Virus record (IMG/VR): IMGVR_UViG_3300013105_000843
Location: 1-64,000 of that record
Strand: one strand, 5' to 3'
DNA from: a virus
Taxonomy: Duplodnaviria > Caudoviricetes
Length of the DNA stretch: 64,000 bases
The position numbers were made by a program, and so were the translations under genes. How positions within the stretch are numbered: the first letter of the stretch is position 1; each line of letters begins with the position of its first letter. A model generated the notes under the pieces. It searched no databases. It saw nothing but the letters and a program-made list of their open reading frames with translations, and was not told the origin of the DNA. Shown one piece after another: positions 1-9,506 of this stretch.

Positions 1-673
1 TTACAGCAGCAGCTCGAGCCGGCCGGCCATCACCTGCTGCAGCAGCGCGCGCCGCCCAGTCCGGTGGTCGGTGACACCGTCGGCGCGGTAGGTACGCACC
101 TTGTCACCCCTCTGGCCCGTGCCCACGTGCGCCTTGCGCTGCTGGTTCTCGGCGCGCTGCGCGGCGCCGGCGTAGTGCGCCTGCACGCGCTCGCGTAGTG
201 TCGCCATCGCCACGCGTCGATTCGCTTCCTGCGTGCGTTCGACCTCTGCCTTTACCTCGATTCCAGTTGGCCGATGAATTAGGACTACACACGTTTCTCG
301 CTTATTGCGATTTTGCCCGCCCGGACCCTGACCGCGAGTGATGCGCGTGTGAATGTCGGTCTCGCGCAGCTCTGGCATGGCCGGCACGCTGCCTTCGAAG
401 ACGGCGACGGTAACGGTGGAGGTATGCACGCGGCCACGTCGTTCGGTGGGCGGGACGCGCTGGTGTCGATGGCCACCCGCCTCCTGGAGCAGCGGCATCA
501 GTATGGCCGCATCGCCTTCCAGGAGAAGGAGGTCAAAGATGGCTCCGCGCCTCGAGGGATGCCTTCACGCCATGGCGCGCGGCATAGGCTTGGTAGATGG
601 CTGCCTGGTCGTGAACCAGCAGCTTCGCATCGTCGCCGCCTTCCGCGGGACGGATTTCAATCGTAAGCTTCAT
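1..673 (-). CDS. RF1-like peptide chain release factor lacking domain 1, with a probable +1 programmed frameshift at 538-532 (about 223 aa)
   Basis: ATG at 673 gives MKLTIEIRPAEGGDDAKLL (RF domain 2 start) up to CAT CTT TGA C. The +1 frame continues DLLLLEG...QRVPPTERRGRVHTS (PxT motif)...GPGGQ and ends at TAA 1-3. Confidence 0.88.
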
Positions 674-850
674 GACCATCTCCTGTAAATGGTGAAAATA
701 GTATATGAAGTAATCACGAGCATGTCCAGCAATCGCGTAATGTGCAATGAAAAACCCCGCGTCGCGCGCGGGGTCGAGTAGCGGCCTGACGTGCTCACGC
801 GGCCGAGGACTGTGCTGCTTTCGTAGCCATGTGATGCAGTCCGCGCGGGC

Positions 851-1312
851 TCAGTGCTTCCCGGTGCTGCCGAAGCCGCCATCGCCGCGCTCGGTGACCG
901 TCGAGAACGTGTCGACGTACTTCAGCGCGACCTGGATAACGGGCTGGAACATCAGCTGCGCGATGCGTTCACCCGGCTGGATGACGTAGGGTTCCTCGCT
1001 GTCGTTGGCGAGGATGACCCCAATCTCGCCGTGGTAGTCGGCGTCGATGACCCCGACACCTTGTGCCACGCGAATGCCGTACTTCAGCGACAGCCCCGAG
1101 CGCGAGGCGACGATGGCCACGAGTCCGGGGTCCATCATGTTGATGGCGATGCCGGTTTTCACCAGCATGCGACCACCAGGGTTCAGGGTCACCGGCTCCT
1201 CGATGCACGCCCGCAGGTCCAGGGCCGCGGCGCCTTCCGTCGCGTAGCTCGGCAGTTCAATCTTGTCGCCCAGCAAGGGGCTAACCACTCGGGTTTCGAT
1301 GCGTCGATACAT
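851..1312 (-). CDS. dut: dUTP diphosphatase
   Basis: Motifs [38 protein letters not shown]. Confidence 0.97.
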   Translation of the reverse strand: MYRRIETRVVSPLLGDKIELPSYATEGAAALDLRACIEEPVTLNPGGRMLVKTGIAINMMDPGLVAIVASRSGLSLKYGIRVAQGVGVIDADYHGEIGVILANDSEEPYVIQPGERIAQLMFQPVIQVALKYVDTFSTVTERGDGGFGSTGKH

Positions 1313-1416
1313 GTCTGTTCCTCAATAAATGTGACTGGAGCTTCGTATAGCGCGCGGGCGCCCTACGAAGCTCCATTGACGCGTCGAGCACCCGGTCAGG
1401 CGCCCGGCATTCCGTT

Positions 1417-1740
1417 TTAGTGCGGAACCTTCGCCGCCGATGCCGAGGCCGGCGCCGTCGCGTGCGGCGGCACGATGACCGGATGCGGGGCGATGACCGG
1501 GCGCGCCGTGGCCTCCACCGGGTGTGCCGTCGGCGCCGCGCTCGCATGGGCGCTCGCCGTTTCCACGGGGTGCGCTGCCGCGGCGGCAACCGGATGCGCT
1601 GTCGCAACAGCGACCGGATGCGCCGCGACCACGGCGACGGGATGTGCGGCGACCACGGCGACCGGGAACGCGAATGCAGGGTGGGCGGCGACAGCTGCTG
1701 CTGCCGTCGCGAACAGGAGCGCGACTTTGATGTGCTTCAT
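1417..1740 (-). CDS. Small secreted protein with tandem AAHPVAVV-like repeats
   Basis: Signal peptide (MKHIK, hydrophobic core, AFA) followed by 8-aa AHPV repeats. Confidence 0.7.
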   Translation of the reverse strand: MKHIKVALLFATAAAAVAAHPAFAFPVAVVAAHPVAVVAAHPVAVATAHPVAAAAAHPVETASAHASAAPTAHPVEATARPVIAPHPVIVPPHATAPASASAAKVPH

Positions 1741-1826
1741 GAGTGAGCCTTCAGGTTAGAAATGATTCGGAACTGCATTCGCGTATAGCTCGGTATCGAG
1801 TGGTCCGACGCCAAATATCGTGCGCG

Positions 1827-2606
1827 TTATACCTCGGCCGGCTGCGGCGCTGCGAGCAGCGGTTGACCGTTCTGGATGGCGGCCAGTAGACGCGGCTCGT
1901 CGTGCATGAACGTCTGCACGCGGCGCGACAGCTCGGCCATGCTCTCCATCATGCGATGGAAGAACAGCGCCGCCTCCGGCGTGTACGGCATTTCCTTCAC
2001 ATCTCGCTCAGGCAACGAGAAAGCACACCAGCCATTGAGCAGGTTCAGCGGGTCAGACGGGTCACCGACATGCCCGGTCGACACGTAGTCGTATTCGACC
2101 TTGACCGCATCGCCGCGGCGGATAGTCCGTTTGTCCCATACACGCGCGCCAATCGTGAGCGAATAGCCGCCTCGTGCGGGGTTGGTCGCGTGATGGTCCC
2201 CGTACAGGTTTCTGTCGCACCAGCGCGCGTCCTTGAACGAGCCGTTCGGATAGATGGTGCCGTCCGGCGTCTCGGCGAATGACACATGAGACGCGACACT
2301 GTAGCGGATGACCCGTTCGGTCGTGACCTCTGGCGTCGCCCAGGCCTTGAGCAACGCCGTCAGCGCTTGCTTGAGTGTGTCCATCGTCTTGCTGTGCAGG
2401 CGCGTGTGCGCGCGGCCGACGCTCCACCGGACGCCGGTCGGATGCGTCAACGTGCGCGCCAGCTCGGCGAGATGGTCCGGCAGCGTCGCCATGAACTCGC
2501 CGTCTGCGTCGACCGACGCCGGGCACGCGAGCTTGACCTGTGCGTCTTCGCGCGAGGCCGAGGTCGGATTGTCGACGGCAACCTGGATGTCGGCCAGCTT
2601 GACCAT
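1827..2606 (-). CDS. Hypothetical phage-like protein
   Basis: 259-aa ORF with AGGAGA RBS, co-oriented with neighbours. Confidence 0.75.
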   Translation of the reverse strand: MVKLADIQVAVDNPTSASREDAQVKLACPASVDADGEFMATLPDHLAELARTLTHPTGVRWSVGRAHTRLHSKTMDTLKQALTALLKAWATPEVTTERVIRYSVASHVSFAETPDGTIYPNGSFKDARWCDRNLYGDHHATNPARGGYSLTIGARVWDKRTIRRGDAVKVEYDYVSTGHVGDPSDPLNLLNGWCAFSLPERDVKEMPYTPEAALFFHRMMESMAELSRRVQTFMHDEPRLLAAIQNGQPLLAAPQPAEV

Positions 2607-2628
2607 GGGCTTCTCCTGTTGTGCAGGC

Positions 2629-2847
2629 TTACTTGCCTGCGGTGTTGTTCAGGGCGGCGCGGCCGGCATCCGTGATGATGCCGCCGGCGGCCATGTATCC
2701 GAGGCGCTTGAGGACTTGCACCGTCGCCCTCGCACCGCCATAGGCGCTCCGGCCCGACAGGTGCGAGTCCCACGGAAGGCCCGCTTCGAGGTTGCGCAGA
2801 ACGGCTTTCTGCGCCTCGGTCAGCCTGTGCTTCTTCTCTGCAACCAT
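2629..2847 (-). CDS. Small hypothetical protein, possible winged helix
   Basis: LTEAQKAVL...LKRLGY...ITDAGRAAL pattern. Confidence 0.65.
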   Translation of the reverse strand: MVAEKKHRLTEAQKAVLRNLEAGLPWDSHLSGRSAYGGARATVQVLKRLGYMAAGGIITDAGRAALNNTAGK

Positions 2848-2858
2848 GTCTGCCTCGT

Positions 2859-3293
2859 TCAGTCGATGGGCTGGAGTTCAGCGGGTGCACGCCGCGCGGC
2901 GCCCTCGAGGGCAAGCTCAACGCTCGACACCACACGCACCAGCGGATGGTTTATCCAGGAGCCGATGGGCCGGCAGGACCTGGGCTCGATTACCACGCCA
3001 GGCATGACAACGAATACTGGAATACCTACGGCAATCGCGATTCCCGCCTCGAGATAGGCGCCCTTCAACGGGAAATCACCCTCCTCGGCATAGACAATCA
3101 CGCGCTCGGCGCTCTTCACTTCTGCCTCGATGCGCAACCACAGCTCGGCGAAGTCCGCGGTCTCACCCTCGCCTGCCTCGTCAATCCACGAAGAGACGAT
3201 GTGCCAGCCATCGACGTCGCGCAGGTGCTTCCAGCGCGCCGCCCGCTCTGGCAAGGCGCGGCTGGCGATATAGGTGCCGGCTCGCTTAGGCAT
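2859..3293 (-). CDS. Nucleoside 2-deoxyribosyltransferase-like protein
   Basis: YIASR N-terminus and GAYLEAGIAIAVGIPVFVV motif. Start at MPKR overlaps the upstream stop. Confidence 0.65.
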   Translation of the reverse strand: MPKRAGTYIASRALPERAARWKHLRDVDGWHIVSSWIDEAGEGETADFAELWLRIEAEVKSAERVIVYAEEGDFPLKGAYLEAGIAIAVGIPVFVVMPGVVIEPRSCRPIGSWINHPLVRVVSSVELALEGAARRAPAELQPID

Positions 3294-3738
3294 TCGCGAC
3301 CACCAGGTTAAGCAGGCGGTCGCGCGAAGACTCGAGGCTTTCTTCGTGCCCGAGATAGCCGATGTCGCCATGCAGGCGCACCGTGCTGCGCGAAGATGCG
3401 CCGTGCGTTGCCGCGCTCATGTCCTTGCCCGTCCTCTCACTCACCGGCACTGCGTCGCAAATCCACTTGGACAGTTCGGGGCGCAACGGGTCGACGTCGA
3501 CGTTGACGACCTGCACCACCCGGAATGTCCGCGTGCCGCGGTCGTTACCTGACATCGTCTGAACGCGCACCAGATACTCGGGCACTGGTCGCCGGTTCAG
3601 TTCCAGGAGTGTGCCGGCCGGCAGGAGCGCACGCATCGCGCGCAGCATCACGTCGGCGAGCGCAGCGCGCGCGGCGTCGGCTTCCTCGCGCTTGACCAGC
3701 GCGGCCTGGAAAATCTGTTGAGCTTCGGCGTTGTTCAT
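3286..3738 (-). CDS. Hypothetical protein
   Basis: 150-aa ORF overlapping both neighbours. Confidence 0.7.
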   Translation of the reverse strand: MNNAEAQQIFQAALVKREEADAARAALADVMLRAMRALLPAGTLLELNRRPVPEYLVRVQTMSGNDRGTRTFRVVQVVNVDVDPLRPELSKWICDAVPVSERTGKDMSAATHGASSRSTVRLHGDIGYLGHEESLESSRDRLLNLVVANA

Positions 3739-4148
3739 GATGCTTCCTGTATGTCAGTGAACAGCTCGACAAATCTCTCGCAAATCAGCCTGTAGAGGTT
3801 CTGTTGCACTTCGTTTAGCCCGGTCAGTGCGAGCCGCGCGGCGGTTGCCTTGAGCGGGACGATTCCGTGATGCACAGTAACCCTTTCATCGTTCCACACC
3901 GAGCCCTTGGTGCGGGGGTTGAAACCAGGGGTACGTGCAATACCAACCAGACTTTTCGCTACTTTTCGCATGTCCTTAATCAGCATCGTCGGAAGGTATC
4001 CGCAGTCAGTGCGCGGGTAGCTAATCAGGCCTTGGCCATAGAGTCCGTACAGCTCATGCAGCGCATGCTCATGCGCGTAACCAAAGCGTTCGTATGCGGC
4101 CCGAAGCAGCGCCTCGCGAGTCCAAGCAAGGACAGGATTTCTTGTCAT
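3735..4148 (-). CDS. Stand-alone type IA topoisomerase (TopB-like) catalytic fragment
   Basis: LYGQGLISYPRTD (catalytic Tyr motif), HHGIVP, LYRLICERF. No TOPRIM domain. Confidence 0.75.
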   Translation of the reverse strand: MTRNPVLAWTREALLRAAYERFGYAHEHALHELYGLYGQGLISYPRTDCGYLPTMLIKDMRKVAKSLVGIARTPGFNPRTKGSVWNDERVTVHHGIVPLKATAARLALTGLNEVQQNLYRLICERFVELFTDIQEAS

Positions 4149-4450
4149 GTGGCACCGGGAATAAATGAACTTACCTTAAGACAAGGTTACTTTTAATACG
4201 TATTATTGTCAAGTGCCAATATATCGTACAGCAGCATTAACGCGAGTTTGTGTTTGTGGTGTGAGCGTTGGTACCGAGTCGATGCCGGCGCAATGCCACG
4301 CGCTCCGTTGTTCTATGATTTCGGCCCGGGCGATTCCGAACTGCGTCGACTGGACGCGCTCCCTTGCTGGACCCAGGCTGCAACCGCGTAATACTCGCCG
4401 GTCTACTCTGCCCCGCGCTTTCGAGCCGGGGCTTTTCACGGCTGCGGGCG

Positions 4451-4483
4451 AAAAAAAGCCCGGCCTCTCGCGAGGTCCGGGCA
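4451..4483 (-). terminator. Intrinsic terminator
   Basis: GCCCGG...CCGGGC hairpin followed by a T7 run on the minus strand. Confidence 0.7.
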
Positions 4484-4563
4484 GCAGCATAGGGTGTTGC
4501 GCTTCGTCGAGAGGCGTCCCCAGCGTGGTTGTAACGGTATAGCGGTGCCGTGGGCACCGGGCC

Positions 4564-4965
4564 TCACCGGCCGCGTGTGGCCGGCGGGCGAGCGGCCACT
4601 GGAGGCGCCAGTTCGACGCGCATCGTATTCACGTCCTCGAGCTTTGCCCAGAACCGCACCTGGCGTTTGGACACCGCGCCATCTCGCGGATACGTCGGCG
4701 CCGCGGCACTCGCGCCGGCGATACGGAAGCTCACGCTGTCGTAGCCCTCCAGGCCTTGGCGGATGTAGTACCGGTCGATGATGAGCACGGTGCCCGGCGG
4801 CAGTGTGGCGGGGCTCGGTTCCGGCTCGCCGTAGACGAGAGGACGAGTGTCACCCAGCAGAGCCATCAGCGTGGCATTGCGGCGTTCGTTGTAGAGGCTG
4901 AAGCTCCACGGCTCCGCCAGCAGGAGCCGGGCGCCGAGCGGCGGTACGAAGAGAGTGAAGGCCAT
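4564..4965 (-). CDS. Hypothetical phage-like protein
   Basis: 133-aa ORF with DRYYIRQG...RFWAKLEDVN. Confidence 0.7.
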   Translation of the reverse strand: MAFTLFVPPLGARLLLAEPWSFSLYNERRNATLMALLGDTRPLVYGEPEPSPATLPPGTVLIIDRYYIRQGLEGYDSVSFRIAGASAAAPTYPRDGAVSKRQVRFWAKLEDVNTMRVELAPPVAARPPATRGR

Positions 4966-4991
4966 TCGGGAATCCGGTGAGGTGGGTTGCG

Positions 4992-5774
4992 TTACGCCGC
5001 GATGAGCGTCGGGCTGCGGCGCGCGACGGCCTCCAGGACCCGCTCGACCTTCGCGAGGTCGAACTGGTTGTCGGTGCGCACGCCGCTTTCCATGTCGAGC
5101 CAGTAGCGCGCACCTGGCAGCCCATGCTCGCGCACGGCGGCTTCGGTTGCGTCGAGCACGGCCTCGATGTTCTCCGGCGAGATGCCGCCCGCGTAGCCGG
5201 TATCCAGCGGAGTGCCGTCTACCGTGGCGGGCGCTGCCCAGTTCTCGGGCACCAACCCCAGGCCGCGCGACGCATCGAGCAGCACGGACACACGCTCGGG
5301 CATGGCCAGCCAGCTCTTCGGCAAGCTCGCGAGGAACCGGTCAATGGCGTTGGCCGAGCGGTTATGCCGCTGCAGGATGAGGCTTTTCTGATAGGCCCAC
5401 AGGGTTTCGTACACGGTGACGATTTCGCGGGCGGTGAAGACATTCGCGCGCGCGTTGATGTTCACCTGCAGACGGTCGTACTGCTGCAGCTCATGGATGA
5501 AGCCCATCCCTTCGCGGTGCATGAGCAGCGTCCAGAACGTCTCGTTGCAGCATAGGTGCAGCGCGGTGCGCAGACTGTGCGCCTTGCGCGCGGCCGCGAA
5601 CTCCCAGCGCCAGTCGCTCGTCGGATTGCGCGGCTTGCCAGCTTTCTCCGGAAGGTACAGCAGCGCCCACTCGACAAACGGATAGGCTCGACTGAGCGCA
5701 ACCAGGTCCTCGACGCGCACGGCATCATCGGCGCCGGTGATGGAAACGCAGAAGGGATGAATGGTCGAAGTCAT
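4992..5774 (-). CDS. TrpF/phosphoribosylanthranilate isomerase-like TIM-barrel protein
   Basis: LLDASRGLG, GYAGGISPENI, WLDMESGVRT motifs. Confidence 0.75.
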   Translation of the reverse strand: MTSTIHPFCVSITGADDAVRVEDLVALSRAYPFVEWALLYLPEKAGKPRNPTSDWRWEFAAARKAHSLRTALHLCCNETFWTLLMHREGMGFIHELQQYDRLQVNINARANVFTAREIVTVYETLWAYQKSLILQRHNRSANAIDRFLASLPKSWLAMPERVSVLLDASRGLGLVPENWAAPATVDGTPLDTGYAGGISPENIEAVLDATEAAVREHGLPGARYWLDMESGVRTDNQFDLAKVERVLEAVARRSPTLIAA

Positions 5775-6034
5775 GGTCGCTGCTCACCGGCGGACGTATT
5801 TGCGATACCACGGCGCGGGCGTCGGCGGGCGGCGCGGACTCGAATTCACCTTGCGGTCGAGCATGCGCGGGACAGGTGTGATGCCCCCTTGCTCGCCGTA
5901 GATGTGGTTGAAGCTGCTTCCAGCGTGCTGCTCCCGCGAGCTGTGCGTACGTGTCATCACTTAATCTCCATGCCTCGCGGCCGCGAGAACCGTTGCGAGA
6001 AAATAGAATACTTCGAAAAGCGCTATTCGTCAAG

Positions 6035-6535
6035 CTAAACGGGGCGTTGCATGTGCAAGCCAAGGGCCGCAAGCTGCTCGAGTGTGTCCTCGGTGCGCAC
6101 GTGCTGGATACCGACTCCGCCGGCGGCGCGAAAGGCGAGGATATTTCGTTCGATGTCGTCGACGAGCACGCGCCGTGGATGAGCGTGCCGCGCTTTGGCG
6201 AGGCCGTTCTCGACGGTGGTGACGGGCAGCGCGGGCGACAGGTGCTCGGCAACCCACAGACGCTTGTCGGCGTCGGCCGTGACCAGATAGCCCGTCGGCT
6301 TCGGCAGTGCGGACAGCACGCGCTTGCGTGCCGAGCACGATTGCAATGCGTTCCAGAGGAGGAGGCCCTCGGCGAGCGGAGCGAGGTCGCGAAAGAGGTG
6401 CGGGACCTGCTCGAGCACGGCCCACGCTTCGGCCGGCGGTAGGCCTTTGTAGGGCTGCCCGAGCAATTCGGCCGCGCGCCCATAGAAGTCGGCAAACACG
6501 CCGTCGAGGTCGAGCAGAATCTCGTCGCAGCTCAC
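6035..6535 (-). CDS. HAD-family 5'(3')-deoxyribonucleotidase-like protein
   Basis: ILLDLDGVFADF (motif I) and LVDD (motif IV). Confidence 0.85.
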   Translation of the reverse strand: MSCDEILLDLDGVFADFYGRAAELLGQPYKGLPPAEAWAVLEQVPHLFRDLAPLAEGLLLWNALQSCSARKRVLSALPKPTGYLVTADADKRLWVAEHLSPALPVTTVENGLAKARHAHPRRVLVDDIERNILAFRAAGGVGIQHVRTEDTLEQLAALGLHMQRPV

Positions 6536-7467
6536 GACCCCACCCTTTCCGCGCTGGTCAAACCGTCACCGCTGCGGAGTAGCCGAATTGCCCGCCCAAC
6601 GAGTTGAGCGTCGCTGACGAAGCCCCAATAGCGGCTGTCGTCGCTGTTGTCGCGGTTATCGCCCATCATGAAGTAATGACCAACCGGGACCTTGCAGGAG
6701 AAACCCGAATCAAAGTAGCGGCAGTGTTCCTGGCCAGCAAAACTCTGGACACCTTCCGGCAGGTAGACGGGGGAGCCCGGTATCTCGGCCGCGAGGTAAT
6801 TCGAGCCATCCAGCTGCTCGCGGAACAGCGTGACCGTGAGGCTCCCTCGGTGCTCGTCGGTGTAACGGAATTCCCCTGCTCGCTCATGCGGCACGGGAAC
6901 GCCATTGATGGACAGCCGCTTGTCTCGATACGTGACGACATCGCCGGGCAGGCCCACGGCGCGCTTCACGAACACCTCGCTGTCGTTACCAGGGAAGCGG
7001 AACATGACGATGTCGCCTCGGTGCACAGACCCGGTGCGGAGAAACACGTGCCGCAGAAATGGCACGTGCACTCCGTAGGCGTGCATGTTGACCAGCCACG
7101 CGTCGCCAGCGGACATCGCCGGCCGCATGGAGCTGGATGGCACGTACATGTAATCGACGATGAATATACGGAAGAGCGTGAGCGCAACCAGCCATGGCGT
7201 GGCGCTGCGTACCAGGCTGAAGAGGGGCGGAGCCGAAACATGGTCCAGCCGACGACGCGAGAGGATGAGCCGGTCAAGCAGGTAAAGCGTGACCAGCAAC
7301 AGGACGAAGCCAGCGAGCACATCGGTCAGGTAGAACCAGTGCGTCAACGCGGCGCCCAAGCCCCAGGCGAGGAGGCAATAGCCGACCATCTTCCTGCTAT
7401 TCGTAGCCGACATAGCGAGCGTGGTGCCCGCGAGGGTTGCTGCAGCCGAAATGAAGAAAATCAGCAT
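6532..7467 (-). CDS. lepB: Signal peptidase I
   Basis: N-terminal TM helices, VPSSSMRP, FVKRAVGLPGD, YFMMGDNRDNSDDSRYWGFV. The longer ORF-track start overlaps a tRNA. Confidence 0.93.
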   Translation of the reverse strand: MLIFFISAAATLAGTTLAMSATNSRKMVGYCLLAWGLGAALTHWFYLTDVLAGFVLLLVTLYLLDRLILSRRRLDHVSAPPLFSLVRSATPWLVALTLFRIFIVDYMYVPSSSMRPAMSAGDAWLVNMHAYGVHVPFLRHVFLRTGSVHRGDIVMFRFPGNDSEVFVKRAVGLPGDVVTYRDKRLSINGVPVPHERAGEFRYTDEHRGSLTVTLFREQLDGSNYLAAEIPGSPVYLPEGVQSFAGQEHCRYFDSGFSCKVPVGHYFMMGDNRDNSDDSRYWGFVSDAQLVGRAIRLLRSGDGLTSAERVGS

Positions 7468-7484
7468 CGTCTGTTCATAAATGA

Positions 7485-7571
7485 TGGTACCCAGAGAGGG
7501 GCTCGAACCCTCACGCCGTTGCCGGCACAGCGCCCTCAACGCTGCGCGTCTACCATTTCCGCCATCTGGGC
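7485..7571 (-). tRNA. tRNA-Leu(GAG)
   Basis: Cloverleaf, loop TT-GAG-GG, long V arm, encoded CCA. Confidence 0.93.
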
Positions 7572-7604
7572 AAAAAAGGCCGCTTGTCAGCGGCAAAAAT
7601 CATC

Positions 7605-7680
7605 TGGTGCCGGAGATAGGAGTCGAACCTACGACCTTCGCATTACGAATGCGCTGCTCTACCAACTGAGCTACGCCGGC
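7605..7680 (-). tRNA. tRNA-Thr(CGT)
   Basis: Canonical 76 nt, loop TT-CGT-AA, CCA. Confidence 0.95.
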
Positions 7681-7710
7681 GAATCCGGTCAGAAACCGGG
7701 GTAAATCTGG

Positions 7711-7788
7711 TGGTGCCGTCGGCGCGATTCGAACGCGCGGTCTCCGTCATACCAAGACGGCGCCTTAGACCAGCTGGGCTACGACGGC
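7711..7788 (-). tRNA. tRNA-Thr(GGT)
   Basis: CCGTC TT-GGT-AT GACGG, CCA. Confidence 0.92.
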
Positions 7789-7811
7789 GATGATGCAAAA
7801 TCCTGAGTTGC

Positions 7812-7988
7812 TTACAGCCTCTTCCACGCGCGCTTGGCGGCCTTGTCCTCCAGCTCGGCGGCCTTCAGTTGGGCCGCCGCATGCTGCAGGCGCTGCCACT
7901 GCGGGAACAACTCCGGCGTGACTTCCTTCAACACCTTGATGCGCGCGCGTGCTTTCTTAATCTGCTTGGCCAAGGACTGGTCCATCAT
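7812..7988 (-). CDS. Small hypothetical protein (58 aa)
   Basis: GGAGA RBS, MMDQSLAKQIKKARAR...KRL. Confidence 0.55.
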   Translation of the reverse strand: MMDQSLAKQIKKARARIKVLKEVTPELFPQWQRLQHAAAQLKAAELEDKAAKRAWKRL

Positions 7989-8321
7989 TCGTCTCCCGGC
8001 TGGTGCAGCAAGAACACAAGCCTGTCAATGAGTGCAGTATAACGCGCAATGCGTTAAACGCAACATCCAACAGGGTTGTGCAGCAGCCTGCTGCACAATT
8101 CACGCAGCCTGGGGACGGTCGGTGGGCTTGGCCGGCAGCAGATACTGGCGCGACGCCGCGAGGAATGCTTCGATGGTCTGCTTCATGCTGAATCTCCCTT
8201 TGTTATCAGCTTGATATCGTTGTAGGCGCGCGGCACCAACGGGCGTGATACCGGCCGATGTCGTTTGCGACACTGGTTGGTGGTTTCACGCCACTGAGAT
8301 TGCACGGCCGCGCGGGGAATC

Positions 8322-8397
8322 TGGTGCATCCTGGAGGCATCGAACCCCCGACCCTCGTCTTGTAAGGACGCCGCTCTACCAGCTGAGCTAAGGATGC
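8322..8397 (-). tRNA. tRNA-Val(TAC)
   Basis: Loop CT-TAC-AA, CCA. Confidence 0.93.
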
Positions 8398-8431
8398 AAA
8401 GAAGAAAACTTTGTACTACGAATAGAATTCA

Positions 8432-8548
8432 GGCAAAGACGTGAGGGATTCGAACCCTCCCTGCCCGCCCATTTCGCCGTGGCGTCGCCGGACAGCGACT
8501 CCCTCGGGTACTCCGGGCCGGAGTGCACAACCATGACACTTCGTCACC
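8432..8548 (-). ncRNA. tRNA-like RNA with replaced anticodon arm
   Basis: Perfect T arm GAGGG-TTCGAAT-CCCTC, D-like GTG-TCATGGTTGTG-CAC, bulged acceptor-like pairing, no anticodon loop or CCA. Confidence 0.5.
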
Positions 8549-8630
8549 ATCAGGCTGGCATGTCCGCGCCCACCTGAAGTCCTGAAACCTGTGGCGTATC
8601 GAGCGCCTTGCTGTCTCGGTTACAGCCAAT

Positions 8631-8720
8631 TGGCCGAGAGCCAGGGAGTCGAACCCTGTGACCTCGTTTCCGAAGCCTACGGATTAGCAATCCGCTGCAT
8701 TACCATCCTGCCCGCTCTCG
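8631..8720 (-). tRNA. tRNA-Ser(GCT)
   Basis: Loop TT-GCT-AA, long V arm, G73, CCA. Confidence 0.92.
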
Positions 8721-8732
8721 TCGTTAAAATCG

Positions 8733-8809
8733 TGGTGGAGAAAACGGGACTCGAACCCGTGGCCCCCGGATTATGAGTCCGGTGCTCTAACCAGCTGAGC
8801 TACATCTCC
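8733..8809 (-). tRNA. tRNA-CAT (elongator Met or Ile2)
   Basis: CCGGA CT-CAT-AA TCCGG, CCA. Met versus Ile2 cannot be resolved by eye. Confidence 0.88.
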
Positions 8810-8825
8810 AGGTACTGCGAATTCT

Positions 8826-9053
8826 TCAATCCTCGCCAATGTCCTGGAACAGACGTCGTTCCTGCATCGTGCGCTCGAGGAAGTATTTGCGGGGATTGCC
8901 GCACATCGCGCACGAACATCGTGCCGCGGTCGTGACGGTAATCCCCAGTTCGACCGGGCTCTGCGCGAGGTCCCTGCCGAAGTAATGCCGGCGGTTATGT
9001 TTCAGCCGCTCGATATGGTGGCGCCGAAGCGCGCGGGTCATGGGCTTGGCCAT
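8826..9053 (-). CDS. Small basic hypothetical protein with CSCxMCGNPR motif
   Basis: GGAGA RBS, 75 aa, Cys cluster. Confidence 0.75.
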   Translation of the reverse strand: MAKPMTRALRRHHIERLKHNRRHYFGRDLAQSPVELGITVTTAARCSCAMCGNPRKYFLERTMQERRLFQDIGED

Positions 9054-9182
9054 ACAGTCTCCGTAGAGTGTCGGCCGCCAGCTGTACAGGACCCTCCTGC
9101 ACTCTTATACGCTGACGGCCGGTCGTATGACCGCAGCCGACCAGTAATTCCGCACGTCAATCTCCCACGGACTACTGAAAAA

Positions 9183-9258
9183 TGGTGGAAACGACGGAAT
9201 TCGAATCCGTGACCTCCGCAATGCGAGTGCGGCGCTCTCCCAACTGAGCTACGTCCCC
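9183..9258 (-). tRNA. tRNA-Ala(CGC)
   Basis: G3:U70 pair, loop CT-CGC-AT, CCA. Confidence 0.94.
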
Positions 9259-9271
9259 AAGCAAGAAAATC

Positions 9272-9347
<76 letters not shown>

Positions 9348-9407
9348 AATGAGCCTTTGCGTACTGTGAAAAAACAACGCGGCGCAATGGCTTTGAAACG
9401 GTTGTTC

Positions 9408-9499
9408 TGGCGGAAAGGAGGGGATTCGAACCCCTGTAGGACATCGCTGCCCTCATCTGCATTCCAAGCAGCGCCATTCGACCTCTCTGGCACCTTTCC
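9408..9499 (-). tRNA. tRNA-Ser(GGA)
   Basis: Loop TT-GGA-AT, long V arm, GCCA end. Confidence 0.92.
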
Positions 9500-9506
9500 A
9501 TAAAAA

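Noticed and set aside
8560-8600. Selenocysteine tRNA (GACTTCA on the minus strand)
   Set aside because: There is no supporting anticodon stem or SelC cloverleaf.
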